A DNA stretch of 64,000 nt. Origin: Camelus ferus (Eukaryota). A program made the position numbers and the translations under genes. The stretch is from contig NC_045696.1 of NCBI RefSeq assembly GCF_009834535.1, forward strand, positions 11,968,001 through 12,032,000. The letters are read 5' to 3'. Shown one piece after another: positions 1-12,470 of this stretch. The first letter of the stretch is position 1. Each line of letters opens with the position of its first letter. The notes under the pieces are model-generated. The model did no database searches. It had not been told where the DNA came from and was given only the letters and a program-made list of their open reading frames with translations.

Positions 1-2891
1 GGAGCCTGGACTTGAACAAGGTCCTCTTACTTCATGTCCTTGCTTCTCCCGTGACCAAATGAGGTCTCCCCAACAGGAACGTTCCCTGAGCTGGCTGTTT
101 CCAGAGGCTGCAGTACAGAGGACCGTAAGGCTATCCTGGCTACATGTTCTTTTGGGAAGAAGGCGGGACTAAAATTAGAACTTGACTTCTTATCTTTGTA
201 CATTCGTTGTTCAGCATGACCTAACTCTTAGTGCCAGTAATGATTATGATTGTTTATTGCTGCTGAGTGGAGAGGTGCCTGGAAGATCCCCCACCAGTGA
301 AAACCCAGATGCTCTCTCCCCCGCAAACCACATGTACCTCTTGTGCAAGGTGCCCAGGACACATGGACGCGGGCCGCCGCCCGGTGTGTGTGGGCAGGAC
401 AGCATCTGGCCCCACGTGGTTGATTGCAAGTAGGTGCTAAGAGTTCACGGACTTTTCCTCTGTCTTCTTTGTTACCCTTACCCTCTGTTTGCCCTTCCTC
501 CCCTTCACCCTTCCAGTCACCAGCCTGGGTTGGGTTATAAGTATGTGGGCCACCACTGAGGCCTGAAACTCTTGATCTTGGCTTGTGAGATAAAAGTTGT
601 TCTGTAAGGAAATGTAATTTGAGGCAATGAAAGCCATGGGGGTTTTAAAATCATGGAAACATATAATTGAAAGATGGAGCTGGAAAAAATTAATTTGAAC
701 ACCATCATTTAATGGTTGAGGAAATTGAAGGCTCCGGATTTTAAGGAACTTGCCACACACTTGGTCACCGCAGTGTGTGCTGGAGATGGCGTTGAAAGGC
801 TATCAGAGTTTTCTTGGCCTCTTTTCAGCAGATACTGTATTTTCAGGAATATTTCTGCTTATTGTGTTTTCAGACAGAGAAATCTCTGTTAAGAGTCTCT
901 AACTTTGGTTGATGAAGAATTTAATTTTAAGTCGCACAACATTCTTGCATCAAATCGAATTTAACGAGGGCTTTGCACACCAAGGCCTCGCCTGAAAGGA
1001 TGAAACTTGTTTTTTTCTCAGGGAGAAGGAAGGCTTTGTCCTGGGTGAATCGAGGGTTTTCAAACACGTCAGTATTCCTGAGCAGATCCTCAGATCACCA
1101 ACCACAGGAGTGGGTGGGATGGGTCCATATTTAGACTTTCAGTCAGTTTCAAATATAAGAGATTGATTTTGGCAATCAGTGGCAGCCAACTGCAAAATGT
1201 ATTCATGAAAAAAGCTTCTGGATTTCCAGAGTGACATCCCAGGATTAACGGGATCTGTGTTTGGATCTGTAATTATGCTGGGGAATCATCTTTTTATTTG
1301 GATTCAGTTAATTTGACTGTGTTAATTAACACCCCTGTTGGGCTTCACCTCACTGCAGGAGGAGGGGGCACGTCCTCCCCAGCTTTGTTGCTGACAGTTG
1401 ACATGGGTGATGGCAGTTGGTGTGAGCGCGTTTTACCTCATTCGTGAGACCCCTTCTCACGAGCTCCACGTGCAAGCTGGGAAACCAGCAGCAAGCTCGG
1501 GTGCAGGCGCAGGCATCCAATTTGCAGACCTTGTCAGCTGAGCTGATGGCAATGCTTTTGGGTTAAGCTGCCTCGCGATTCCTGATCTGCTTGGTTTTGC
1601 AGACCACTGAACAGAAATCCAGAGGGTTCTTGCTTAAGGAAGGCATTTGTGTAACTGAGAACACAATTTAAAAGGAATTTTAAAAGCTGTCTATTGTAGA
1701 TCTAATATAGAAAACAGCAGGATAAAGACTATGTTAAAAGCTTTGGGGAAGATAAACTCTCCATAGTTTTTGTTTGTTTCTGAGTGTAAATTCAATGGAC
1801 AAAGAGAAAGAACTTTCTCCCCCACGTGACAAATGTTGTTTTCCAACTTGCCTGTTTCTTTATTACACAGCCCTCTTAGGTCTGTTTAGCTAGTTCTTAT
1901 GTAAATATCCATTGACAGTACAAATGCCTTATGAGGGTGTCGTGGTTTATAGTTTTCCAAAGTGTTTTATGTAAATCTTTTCCTCGGTGGGAGTGCGTGA
2001 TTATGTCTGTAACTTGTATCCTTTAACATCGTCCCCAGGTTCATCCTGATCGTGGGAAATTGTTAAAAACAAAAGTCAGTTGTGCTCCCTCTACTGGCGT
2101 CATTTCTTTTCCTTTTTCTTCTTTTCTTTTTAACATTTTTTTAAAATTGAGTTACAGTCATTTTACAGTGTTGTGTGGCTTCATTTCTTTGGAGCAGAAA
2201 TACTGTACGTTCGTGCCTAAGTTTATTGCTTTTTGGTTGGGCTCAGAATTGTGCTCACATTTTCCCTCCTAAATTCATATGACCTTTAAAAAGCAAAATG
2301 AATGGTTTTAAAACTGCAGGTTAAGAAGCAGGTCACTTAAGGAGGGATCAGTGTCGTCCTCACCACCAGTTTGTCAAGTGGTGTGTGGAGGGGACCCCCA
2401 GCTTGGCACTCTTCCTTCTGTTGTAGGGGTGAACGCTTTGGTGTAGAGATGTTCCTCTGTGTGGCAGTGGCCACTGCCTGGGCGCCTCCTGGGTGCTGAC
2501 CTTGGCGAGCTTTCATCTGTGTCAGGTCTTCAGCAATCTGTCAGCCACTGAATGAGACTAGCAGGTTTTATGTGTGCTCACAGGTCATTCAGACTGTTGG
2601 ACTCAGGTGCCCTGTGGATTCCTTTGGAAGCAACTCTAGGGAATTCTTTATTTCCTCGCTTGAGAAGTGGGCATTAAAGTGGGGGCTCTTTTGGTTTAAT
2701 CCCACATGCATTTATTGAGAAACTACTCTCTGTTAGGCTTCAAAGGGGATTCAAGATGAGGAAAGCCACTGCCTCCTGGGAACCACCCCCACAAACCCAA
2801 CCAAGAAACACTGAGCAATAGCAACAAAACTCTTCTTCTTCTTCAAGAGAAAAAAAAACCATAGCAGTCCAGTTAAAAGAAATAGTGCTTA

Positions 2892-3209
2892 CACAGAAGC
2901 AAATTAAATGTCCATCAACAGATGACTGGATAAGATGTGGTGTACGTGTGTATACACACACACACACACACACACTCACACACACACTGGAATACTACTC
3001 AGCCATAAAAAAGAATAAAATAATGCCATTTGCAGCTTACGGATGGACCCGGAGACTGTCATTCAAAGTGAAGTAAGCAAGAAAGAGAAAGAAAAATACC
3101 ATATGATATTGCTTAAATGTGGGATCTAAAAAAAAAGGGCAAAGTTTAAAATTGAACTTATGGGACAGATACTTGTGATAGACAATAATAAAAAGTAAAT
3201 TTCAAAAAA
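2892..3209 (+). mobile_element. Young L1 fragment (end of ORF2 / start of 3' UTR) with internal (CA)n and a non-L1 3' tail
   Basis: L1 motifs 'aaatgtccatcaacagatgactggataag', 'gaatactactcagccataaaaaagaataaaataatgccatttgcagc'; ORF track 2885..3076 gives ORF2 C-terminal-like 'EYYSAIKKNKIMPFAA'; flanked by near-duplicate aaaagaaatagtgctta (2875-2891) / aaaggaaatagttctta (3210-3226). Confidence 0.85.
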
Positions 3210-3815
3210 AAAGGAAATAGTTCTTAGTTAATGATGAGATCAGAAAAACTGTAGAGAAGATGTCTCCACGTTGTAAGTCCTTCACCCCGACTGGTCGACT
3301 TTGTGATGCTTGCATTCTTTTTCCTGTAAGTGATTTGTAACTTTCTTTCTGATAAGCTGTAATGAGGTTAAACATCCTTCCTGTTCTCAATGGAGTGTCT
3401 CCAGCTAATGACTGTCGATGACTGATGTGGCTGTGATAAGCCCGCCTCTGTGTGTATTTCACTCCGCACACCATGCCTCCTTCCCCCAACCTTGCGATGA
3501 CTCTAAAGCTCTACACATCTTCCACCCTTTTCTTGATCATCTTCATCCAATTTCAACATAAGTTGTTGGCTTAGTGTGTTGCATGGACCTGAGGTTGTGC
3601 CCCAAACTACTGACTGCTTTACTGCTTCTGACCCCAGTGCCCATTTTCTCCTGAGCCCACACAGATGGTTCACAGCCATCAGCTGCTGTACAGTGGAAAG
3701 GAAGGAGAAATGCTATCCTGTATTTTCATAAGTCCCTGGAGAGTCTCTTTAGAATGTTGATGATCATAGATGGAATAAATCAGTTAAATGACAGTTGATA
3801 GAGAAACTTCCATCT

Positions 3816-4026
3816 CAGAGTTTCTCACTAGCAGCACTGTTGGCATCTTGGCTACATAATTCTTTGTTGTAGGGGGCTTTCCTGAGCATTTTAGGATAGT
3901 TAGCAGCCTCTCTGACTACTTCATAATAGATGCTAATAGCACCCCCAAGTTGTGACGACAAAGAATGTCTCCAGAGACTGCTGTTGTGTTCCCTGGGGGC
4001 AAAGTCACCTCCTGTTAAGGACCAAG
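3816..4026 (-). mobile_element. MER20 non-autonomous hAT-Charlie DNA transposon, near full length
   Basis: Reverse complement follows the MER20 consensus end to end (…ttgcccccagggaac…ctctggagacatt…tcacaacttgggggtgcta…acaacaaagaattat…gagaaactctg). Confidence 0.85.
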
Positions 4027-4206
4027 GCTCTATCCAAACATTCCTTTCTGTTTTCATTGGGCGCCTTCAGCCTTCAGCCTTCAGAAGTCTTCACGAGCAC
4101 TCTTTCGTTTGTTTGCTTCATTCATTTATCAAATAGTTATTACATCTCTACTTATGCTGGCCTCTTTGCAAGGTACTGGGAATATAAAGCTGAACTAGGC
4201 ATCTAC

Positions 4207-4258
4207 TTTTTTTTTTTTAAACGGAAGTATAGTCAGTTACAATGTGTCGGTTTCTGGT
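4207..4258 (-). mobile_element. Very short (~50 bp) young L1 3' terminus
   Basis: Poly-T followed by 'gaagtatagtcagttacaatgtgtcggtttctggt', the same terminus as the other young L1 copies in the window. Confidence 0.7.
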
Positions 4259-4972
4259 TGAATCCATTTTGAATGTATCATAATTTCCACCATTTTGATT
4301 TTTATCATTATTATCTTGAAAAGTTCCCTTTTCTGAGGACTGCTCCCAGCCTATGACTCTGGCAGGCATGTGAACAATTAGGACTTCTTTAATAATAAAT
4401 GTTGTGTTTCTATTTCTGTAGCCTGTTTGTTTGAAAAAAGCCCCTTGCAATGTGGGTCAGTATCCTTGGCTTTTGACACAGCTATTAACCTTGTAAAATG
4501 ATAGTACTCTATTAATCTATCAATTTCATCCATGAATGCTTCATGCATTTCAGATATGGCCTCTGCTTGTCATTCCAGAAACCCTATTTTCTTACACTGT
4601 GATTTCTCTTATTCTCTTCAACCAGCCACCTGAGGCTTCATTTAATGTGTGGTCCTTGTTAGGTTTATTTAATGAAACTTTTGTTTGGGAACCAAGAGCA
4701 AGTCCAGCTGAAGGATACTCATTGGATTGCCTTTAGCATGTGTCCTTTAGAGTTTTTGGAAACTTATAAAAATAGCTCATGGGAAATCAAATTTACAGCA
4801 GTTATATTTCAAAGAGGAGGGAAAGAGGGATGTATTTCAGAGAGCAGTTTAAAGAAGGCTTCAACAATATTGGTAATTTAAATTTTTTATGTTTCGTGAT
4901 GGATACTTGGGGGCTCATTATATAATTTTCAAATATATTTTTGTATATCTGAAATATTTTGTAATAACCTTT

Positions 4973-5161
4973 TTTTCAGTTCTTTTTTATTGAAATTTTG
5001 TTGATTTACAGTGTGTTAGTTTCTGGTGTACAGCATAGTGATTCAGTTATACGTATATATATTCTTTTTCATTATAGGTTGTTACAAGATATTGCATGTA
5101 GTCCCCTGTACTATACATTAGGACCTTGTTGTTTATCTGTTTTATATATAGAAGTTTGATC
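4973..5161 (-). mobile_element. 5'-truncated young L1 3' end with TSD
   Basis: Shared L1 3' UTR sequence; TSD tgtaataaccttt (4960-4972) / tgtaataagcttt (5162-5174). Confidence 0.85.
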
Positions 5162-5479
5162 TGTAATAAGCTTTAAAGGAAAGATAGCTAGCTGCAAGTT
5201 TGTTGGTTTTTTTTTTTTCCTCCTGTCCTCCGTTATTTTAAACTAGATGTTTAGGAATTAGGTTTTCAGTTGCTGAACTACCCTGCCCCGGGGAAGAGGG
5301 GTTGCCGAGCAGTTATTTAAAATTTATAGCATGTTAAATTTGGTGAGAGGCACTGCTTTCTTGGCTTGTGCTAGTCGAATAATAATTTGACAGAAACTCA
5401 GGCTTTCTGCAGGGCGACCAGGTTCATCTGTAAAATGGTTAAGACCTATTAGGAATTAATTTCCCCTAAGGATGCGAGG

Positions 5480-6130
5480 AGCTGAGCGCTGGGGAGTTGG
5501 TGGCCTTGCGAACGCCAAAGGAAAGAATTAAATTGGAGGAGGCGGAGAGGAGGGAGGCGCCGGTGGGCGGGGAGGAGCCACAAACCCTCTCCAGCACACC
5601 CAAACGACCAGATTCATCCTAGCACGAAACTTCACAAGTTACGCCCACTCCCACTGCCAGAAGCCGGGGAAGGCTGCTGCTTCCTTATTTCTGTTACTGG
5701 AAGTTTGAGAGATGGGAAGCTAGACGGGGGAAGCATGTGCGCCTCGCTGAGCACTGGTAAGCTTGAATTAAAAAAACCCCTTCTTTCCACCGGCGAATTT
5801 CTTTGTGCTGGATGGTGAGGGCCAGCCGCGACGGTGGCTTTGGACCGGGAGAGGCGGGATGAGAGCCCCGGGCTCCGCTGCTGCGGCGCGTGGACCTGTG
5901 CGCCCCGAGCACGCCGGCCCGGGATCGGCGGGCGCTGTGCCGGGGCTGCCCGGGGAAGCCACCCATGTGGGTCTGGCCCCTGGGGAAAGGGGTTTAGGCT
6001 TTGAAAGGGCTTCGCCTTTTTCCCCTTGCCTTCTGTAGCCTAGGATCGCACAGAATCCGGGATCGGGGAAGGAGATTGTGCACCAAAGATGCGCCCAATC
6101 CCCGCTGTCCTGCTGCGCGTTCAGTAACAA
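5480..6130 (+). promoter_or_regulatory. CpG island / probable internal (alternative) promoter
   Basis: Only strongly CpG-rich, GC-rich stretch in the window; GC box gggcgggg near 5565; purine-rich GGA tract upstream; consensus donor CTG|GTAAGC at 5756/5757. Confidence 0.7.
5580..5756 (+). other. Putative alternative first exon (start approximate)
   Basis: Downstream of the GC box and ending at CTG|GTAAGC; contains a short uORF (ATG GGA AGC TAG) and an ATG at 5735 (A at -3) reading MCASLST into a phase-1 junction. Confidence 0.5.
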
Positions 6131-6697
6131 CAGGTCAATGTCTTTAAAAGTGAACCCCATGAACGTCTTGGGATCTAAGTGACAAAAACTTCCGAAGGAA
6201 TGTTCTGAAGCTGTGGCGCCCAGCAGGCTCCTGGATGGGAGTTCTGGAGTGAGGCATGGGGAAGTCTCCGCTTCTCATTAATTTTGTGTGGTTAAGTGAG
6301 TTCAGCTCAAGGCTTCCTGGTTATTGAGGTGTTATTTGTTTATGTGGATCTTTTTTTGTTGTTGTTGTTGCAAATGTTAGTGTTTCTATGGCAGCTGGTT
6401 TATCTTTAGACTGATTGCCTAAGTCAATTTCGGGTGGGGTGTGGAGAGGAACTTTGGGTGGAGGGTGGCACTGGGGTTGGGGTGATTGCAAAAGACACTT
6501 ACTATGTCTCAGCAAATGGTTAACTTGGCCAAACTCAAACATTCTTTAGATTTTATTTGGAGCCCCTCAAGGAGCTTTCATTTGGCATGTGTGGTGTTTG
6601 CTCCCTGCAGAGGGGTTAGATGGAGTCTTTTGGGTTAACTATTACCTGTGTCATCTATGTTATATCTGATCAAAAGGTTAGTGCAGAGCAGTGGGAG

Positions 6698-6698
<1 letters not shown>

Positions 6699-6731
<33 letters not shown>
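6699..6731. repeat. (TG)16 microsatellite
   Basis: Directly visible perfect dinucleotide run. Confidence 0.95.
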
Positions 6732-6733
<2 letters not shown>

Positions 6734-7539
6734 GCTAATCCTTCATAAGAATTTTTAGAGAATTGTCTTACTTTTAGGGCAAGAAGTGAAAGTGAATAAA
6801 TGTGTGGCTCTTATATTTACAGAAAATCAAATTTCATTTTAACCACTGTTTCTCCCAGTTCTGGGCTGGGTGCAATTACAAGGATGTTAGTAACCGATTC
6901 TGTCATCCTCCAATACTGGAATGGAAGAGCCTGGCTTTCCTCAGCCCACCTGCCACTTGAACTTCGGGGCTTAGGGCACAGGTTTCTGTGGCCACAGTTT
7001 CACTTAGTTTGTTTTCACCCTCCAGCTTCCCTGAAGTTAATGATAATGGAAGGAAAATGGAATTACTTTTAAACCAATCTAGACAAATCCCAAGGAAAAA
7101 CATCAGGTTGCGTGGTCCAGGCTGTCACACTGCTGGAGCCCTGAGTTCTAGGTCTTTGTGGGCTCAGGAAAGAACATGGCAGGTAGATATGAACTTGGTG
7201 CTGATTCCTCCCACCCCCTGGGAACCTTTGGTAACTCACTCAACAGGAAAGACAAGCAGACCGGTTCTCGTGACAGTGCTGGTGAAACTGACTAATGGAT
7301 CCTTGCTCATGGAGTTTTATGGAACAGTAATCCTCAGCTAGAGAAGGGCAAGTATGTTATGCATAAAGGTTTCTCGACACTGTTACATGGGACTGTTCAA
7401 AGACATCATCATGCAGACATTTGAAATTGGGTTAATTCTACTATATGACCTTGAAGGTGTTATAACTTTGGTGTCTCCTTTTTTTTTCTTATGGTCCCTT
7501 TACCTCTACTGTAAATAACCTGGTTTGGCTCTGGCTATT

Positions 7540-7850
7540 TGAAAGTTTTTAAAATTATAATTGCAAATTCAATTTGTTCAATGGAAATAGGACCATTAAG
7601 ATGATCTTGTTTTAGTATCTCTTTTTTTTTAAATAGGAATTTTCCTATTTTATGTAAGGTTTTAAATTTATTGATACAAAATTGCACTGAGCATCCTTTC
7701 ATAATATTTTTAAAGACTGTATCATCTGTAGAAATGTTTTCATTCCTGGCTTGGTTATCTGTGCCTTTTTCTCTTTTCTTCTTGATCAGTCGTGCTAATG
7801 TATTACCAGTTTTATTGGTCTTTTGGAAGACCCCACTTTGGTTTTGTTTG
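7540..7850 (-). mobile_element. Ancient L1 ORF2 relic
   Basis: ORF 7535..7873(-) has 'LARLIKKKREK…ISTDD…NKFKTL…LNGPISIEQIE', homologous to the L1 ORF2 region between endonuclease and RT (LARLIKKKREK…ITTDP…NKLENL…LNRPIT). Confidence 0.85.
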
Positions 7851-8360
7851 TATTTTAAATGAAGCAAAAACAAACACTACTTCTTTTAAGTTGATATGCA
7901 TTTAAAAAATTCTATCCTGTGGAACTCTGTCAAAAAAGATTTTAAGAGCCTTTAAAACTAAGGAACTGAGTCTCCTAGCTGTATGGCAGAAGACATTATG
8001 TATTTATCTTTATGGGAAAAACATCGACATAATGTTTTTCAGCTTTATTAAAATAAAACATACCTTGTGTTCTTGGGTATCACACACGTTGGATTAAATT
8101 GTTCTAAGGTGGGTTTTGTATATTCACTGGGACACACCCTGTGAAATTGCTTTGGAAACATCTAACTGAAATTATATAAGACTTACTGGTAATTTAATGT
8201 GAACTGGAGGTGCTTTCAACCCACCTGACAATACAGATTTACTTTGTACCAAGGCAGAGCAAATTTGCTGTAATGATGGAGGAAGAATGTCTCATTTTGG
8301 TTCACATTCAATGCATGAGCCTTGGCATTTTAAAGTTTTCTCAGAAAAATCTTCCTGGGT

Positions 8361-8605
8361 ATGTAGCAGTATAAAAACAAGAACTTTGGAGTCAGAAAGA
8401 GCTGAGTTGGAATTCCTGTTCTGTCACTTTTAGCTGTGGGGCCTCAGGAAAATTGCCTAACCTCTCTGAGCATGTATGTCCCCTCCTGTGAGATGGAAAT
8501 CATGAAAACTGCTCTGGGGGTGCTGTTGTGATATTTCTGCATGAGTATTCATGTCAGGTACCTACCTTGTGGTTTGGCACAAAGTAGACACTTAATAAAT
8601 CGTAG
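8361..8605 (+). mobile_element. MIR SINE
   Basis: 'tttggagtcagaaagagctgagttggaattcctgttctgtcacttttagctgtg…aacctctctgagc…tggcacaaagtagacacttaataaat' matches the MIR consensus. Confidence 0.8.
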
Positions 8606-8835
8606 TACCTTGAGTGTTTCCCTCTCCTTCTCTTGTTCAACCTCACAGCTGTCTGTGTCTTCCTTCCAAAAATGTGAAAGGTTATTGCAACAGAATAAAA
8701 CAAAGCCTCTTCTTTCAGTTGTTATCTCTTCACTATGGGCAGGTGGGATCACTAGCTTCCATAGCTTCAGCGTCTTCATCTTTATCCTAGTTGATTGGTA
8801 GTAAACTGGCTGTACATTTTTCCCCTCCACTTTTT

Positions 8836-8978
8836 TTTTGGGGGGGGGAGGGAGGATTAATTTTATTTATTTATTAAAAAATTTTTTGTCTTTAATGGAG
8901 GTACTGGGGATTGAACCCAGGACCTTGAGCACGCTAATAAGCACATGCTCTGCCACTGAGCTATTCCCTCCTTCCTCA
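8836..8978 (-). mobile_element. tRNA-Ala-derived camelid-type SINE with TSD
   Basis: Minus strand has A box TAGCTCAGTGG and B box GGTTCAATCC, ending agtacctcca plus an A-rich tail; 12-bp TSD cctccacttttt at 8824-8835 and 8979-8990. Confidence 0.88.
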
Positions 8979-10346
8979 CCTCCACTTTTTATCTTACCTT
9001 CCTGGGATTGTTGTTTTTTCCCTTCAGTCCATCTCACCACCTTGAGGGTCTCACTGCTCTATTCTGATTCCCTCCTTCCCTCCCTGCCTCCCTCCCTCCC
9101 TCCCTTCCTTCCTTCTTCCCTTCCTTCCTTTTTTTTTTGCTGTCCTTAGGGTACAAATGAAATGGGTACAAAGCTTAATACTTGGCAGAAGCTGCCATGG
9201 AAGTTCCTGGGGTTGCTTCTGTGAAGGCAAAGTTTGTTAAATTTAGTTACTCCAGAGTTTAACTGGGAAGTAGGTGGTGCTGATGATTACTGTATCAATT
9301 TTGTATTGTCAGTGTATTTTCTGAGAATATTTTTCCAGAGCTTGGAGTTCCTCTGCGCTTTAGGGGGAAGGGTGGATTGTTTAACGCTATAGCTGACCTC
9401 GTAACCAAGAAGGGAAACAGGGAGCCTAGGGTGGAGGAGGTTGGTTGATTAATATTCCTGCACAAAGGTCTATAGCTTTACTGAAGTCAACCAGACTTAA
9501 GCACTGTGTTCTCCCTGGGGTGTCTCAACTGAAAAGATCCTGGAGAATATTTGGAAAAAAATGGTTAAGATTTATTTAGGTGTCCAGTGTTGCAAAGGGC
9601 TGAACTGGGCACAGGAAAGGATCTGAGCTGGGAAAAGGCTTTATGGTATGGTGCCAGCATCCGTTCTGCGCGAGGAGTGAGACTTGGTTTATGTTTTGTG
9701 GAGTTATTTTCTAAGACGGCAGATTGATGAACTGGCTGCCCTGCGTCTGGCCTGTCCGCTGTGACCCCGAGCGCTGAGTAACAGCGCCAGGGCTGCTGTT
9801 TGTTTTAGTTGGTGATTTTATGAGCATGGAGAACAAGAGGACTGTAGTCTTCCTAAGTGTTTTGCAGCACCACTTCCCCAGTTTATTTTGATTCTCTTGC
9901 TTGAAAACAAAGTGTCAGCGTGGGGTTTACTGGTACGACTTTTGGGGGAAGAGATCATCACTTTTGGAAAGTTGTATTTGTTTAGTGATTAGGGGCGCAT
10001 TTGTGAGATCTTGTACTGGATCCTAGAGCCTCGTGTGGTCCCTTGGAATTGTGTTTGCTAGTGTTCGGGAATTCCGACTTCCATAAATTGTGAGATTTGG
10101 GTGGGCAAGAATAACCATGGCCAAAGTGCTATCTTCAAAGCCATAATGCAATGAGGGCCTGGTAAGATGCTTCTTTTACTATTAAAATACGAATACTAAT
10201 AAACACTGATGTATTGAGTGTCTGCAACATACGAAGTCCATTTCCGGTGTTATCTCACTAGTATTTCAGAGGATGATCTTGCAACCTCTAGAGGAATATA
10301 AAAAATGAGCGCAAAACCCATTATTTTCCTGTGTCTGCTCTTGTAG

Positions 10347-10522
10347 GCAGAACCACAGTGGACTGAAGCCCACCTTTCTAGACCCGAAAGCCAGGAGGAG
10401 GAGGAGGAGGGGTGGTACCATGGGATGTGCTGCTGACTCCTAGCCTGTCACCTGGGACGTGAGCTGCCCCTGCGGACGGCACATTTGGAGATCTTGAGAA
10501 GCTTCTTCTGTTTTGGGATGGG
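10347..10522 (+). other. Candidate non-coding cassette exon (176 nt; alternative donor after 10458)
   Basis: Pyrimidine tract ttattttcctgtgtctgctcttgtag|; donors GGG|GTAAGT (10522/3) and GAC|GTGAGC (10458/9); purine-rich (GGA)n tract inside. Confidence 0.35.
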
Positions 10523-11669
10523 GTAAGTGGGGCATTTGCAGACGCTGGGAAATAAGGAGTCAAGCTTTTAAAGTCCTTGTTGCAGGATCCTGCCCAAAGC
10601 CTCCTGTTCTGGGAATACAGGAGATTCATTATTTGTGACTGTTGTTTCGGTGGGAAGAGGGATTCTGATTGTCCCCGCTCCCAATCTGAGGCTTTGAAAT
10701 TGACTTCCTGGGAACCTTCTGTTGCTGAGGGTCCCTTTCTCCTTGGGTCATTGGCATGGACAGGCCAATCTTCTGGAATTGGTGAGGAGAGGGTCGTGGT
10801 GACCCCCACGTCAGGGCCCCCGTGAGCTGAGTGGGTCTGCCCCGGTGGACTACCACCAGTTGGCACACAGTCCTCATTCCTGGAGTCATGAGGAAGAAGA
10901 TTCCCGTTGATTCTCAGATCATGTTGTTTTAGAGACTTTCCAGGGTAACCTTCCTACCTTTGTCTTCCTGGATTTTCTTTTGCCTGCCCTCCTGACACCG
11001 GATAAGGGGAAGCCTGGTATCAGAATGGGCTTTTTCTGGGGCACTCGGACATGAGATCATGTTACTTTTAACACAGAGGATGAGCCCTCGTCTAAACTGG
11101 GAAGTGGGTTTGGGTAGAGAGCAGTATTTCACTTGGGCATCGCTGCTGTGCTCAGATGGGGTGCCGTCATTGCTTGCTGGGCAAGGAGCTGCCCATTGAA
11201 AGGATCCACTCGCAAAGGTGCACGATTTGCAGGCACCTGGAGAAGAGAAATCGGCTGCAGTGACCCCTTGCCTACCTCCCGTGTGTGGCACGAGGCTCTT
11301 CTTGGGAAAAGTCCAGTGAAAAAGGGCTTTGTGCTCTTTTGTTCCTTCTGCCACGTGGGGACAGTGACATGTGCCCTGAGCATCCCCCCTTCACTTCATT
11401 GGGAGAGAATGATTTAGACCCAAAGGGGCTTTATAACTCCACAGAGTTGAGTTATCCTCTTCAAGCTTGCCTTCCTCCCGTGAACAGAGCCACACAAGCC
11501 TTGTTAGTAGGTGAGAAGCTGCTGTATTATTGAACATTGATCAGATTTTGGTCGTTTGCTGGCTGGTCCAGAATTTGAACAAAATACCTGACTCCTGACT
11601 TGATGGAGAGGCAGAATCACAGATGCTTCCTGAGGCAGGAGCTCTGCAATTCAAACAGAGTTTCCTGTA

Positions 11670-12045
11670 GTGAGAACACTTAATGTGAGATCTCCCCTCT
11701 CATCAGATTTTTAAATGTATGATACAGGATTTGCATTAGCAGTAGGGATGGTATTTTACAGCTGAGCTCTAGAATTTACTCATCTGGCGTAACTGAAATT
11801 TTATACCTGTTGATTAGCAATTCCCCATTCCCCCTGCCCCCAGCCCCTGGAAGCCAGCATTCCATCCTTTGTTTTCATGAGTTTTGACGATTTTAGAGAC
11901 TTCGGAGAAGTGGAATCATGCCACATTTGTCTTTCTGGGACTGGCTTATTTCACATAGCACAGTGTTCTTAAGTCAAGGGTCATCCGTGCTGTCGCAAAT
12001 GGCAGGATTTCCTTTCTTTTTTTTTTTAAGGCTGAATAATATTCA

Positions 12046-12091
<46 letters not shown>

Positions 12092-12470
12092 TGTACACAC
12101 TGCATTTTTTTTCATCCCTCCATCGATGGACATTTAGGTGGTTCCTACATTTTGGCTACTGTGAATAATGATGCTGCAGTGAACATGGGAGTGCTAGTAA
12201 CTCCATGAGATCCCTGCTTTTTTTTCTTTTGGATAAATACCCAGATGTGGGGTTGCTGGGTGATACGGGAGTTCTGTGTGTGACTTTCTCCCAAACCCCT
12301 TCACGGTTTGGCACTGGGATCCCTGCAGCTTGTGGTTTCCCACCGGCACTGCAGGCCCTGCTCTGCGGGCCTTGCTGTGACTTGTTCCTCCCGTCTTACC
12401 TGCTGCTCCTGGCGGCCTCGATCCCAGCGGGCAGCCGGGGCCACTCCTCTCTCCGCCTGCACACGGCAGT
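11670..12470 (-). mobile_element. Old L1 (L1MA/L1MB-like) 3' end with internal (TG)21 at 12048-12090
   Basis: 'gtggaatcatgccacatttgtctttctgggactggcttatttcacatagca', 'gatggacatttaggtggttcc…gctactgtgaataatgatgctgcagtgaacatgggagtgc', 'ggataaatacccag'; ORF track shows 'ELPYHPATPHLGIYPKE' (L1 ORF2 C-terminus). Confidence 0.85.

Noticed and set aside
5735..5756. Assigning a host gene symbol from the MCASLST exon or the microexon peptides
   Set aside because: I do not recognise these peptides; any name would be a guess without an alignment.
8890..8970. tRNA-Ala gene (also 60270-60345)
   Set aside because: Anticodon arm is degenerate, and each copy has an A-rich tail and a TSD, so these are tRNA-derived SINEs.
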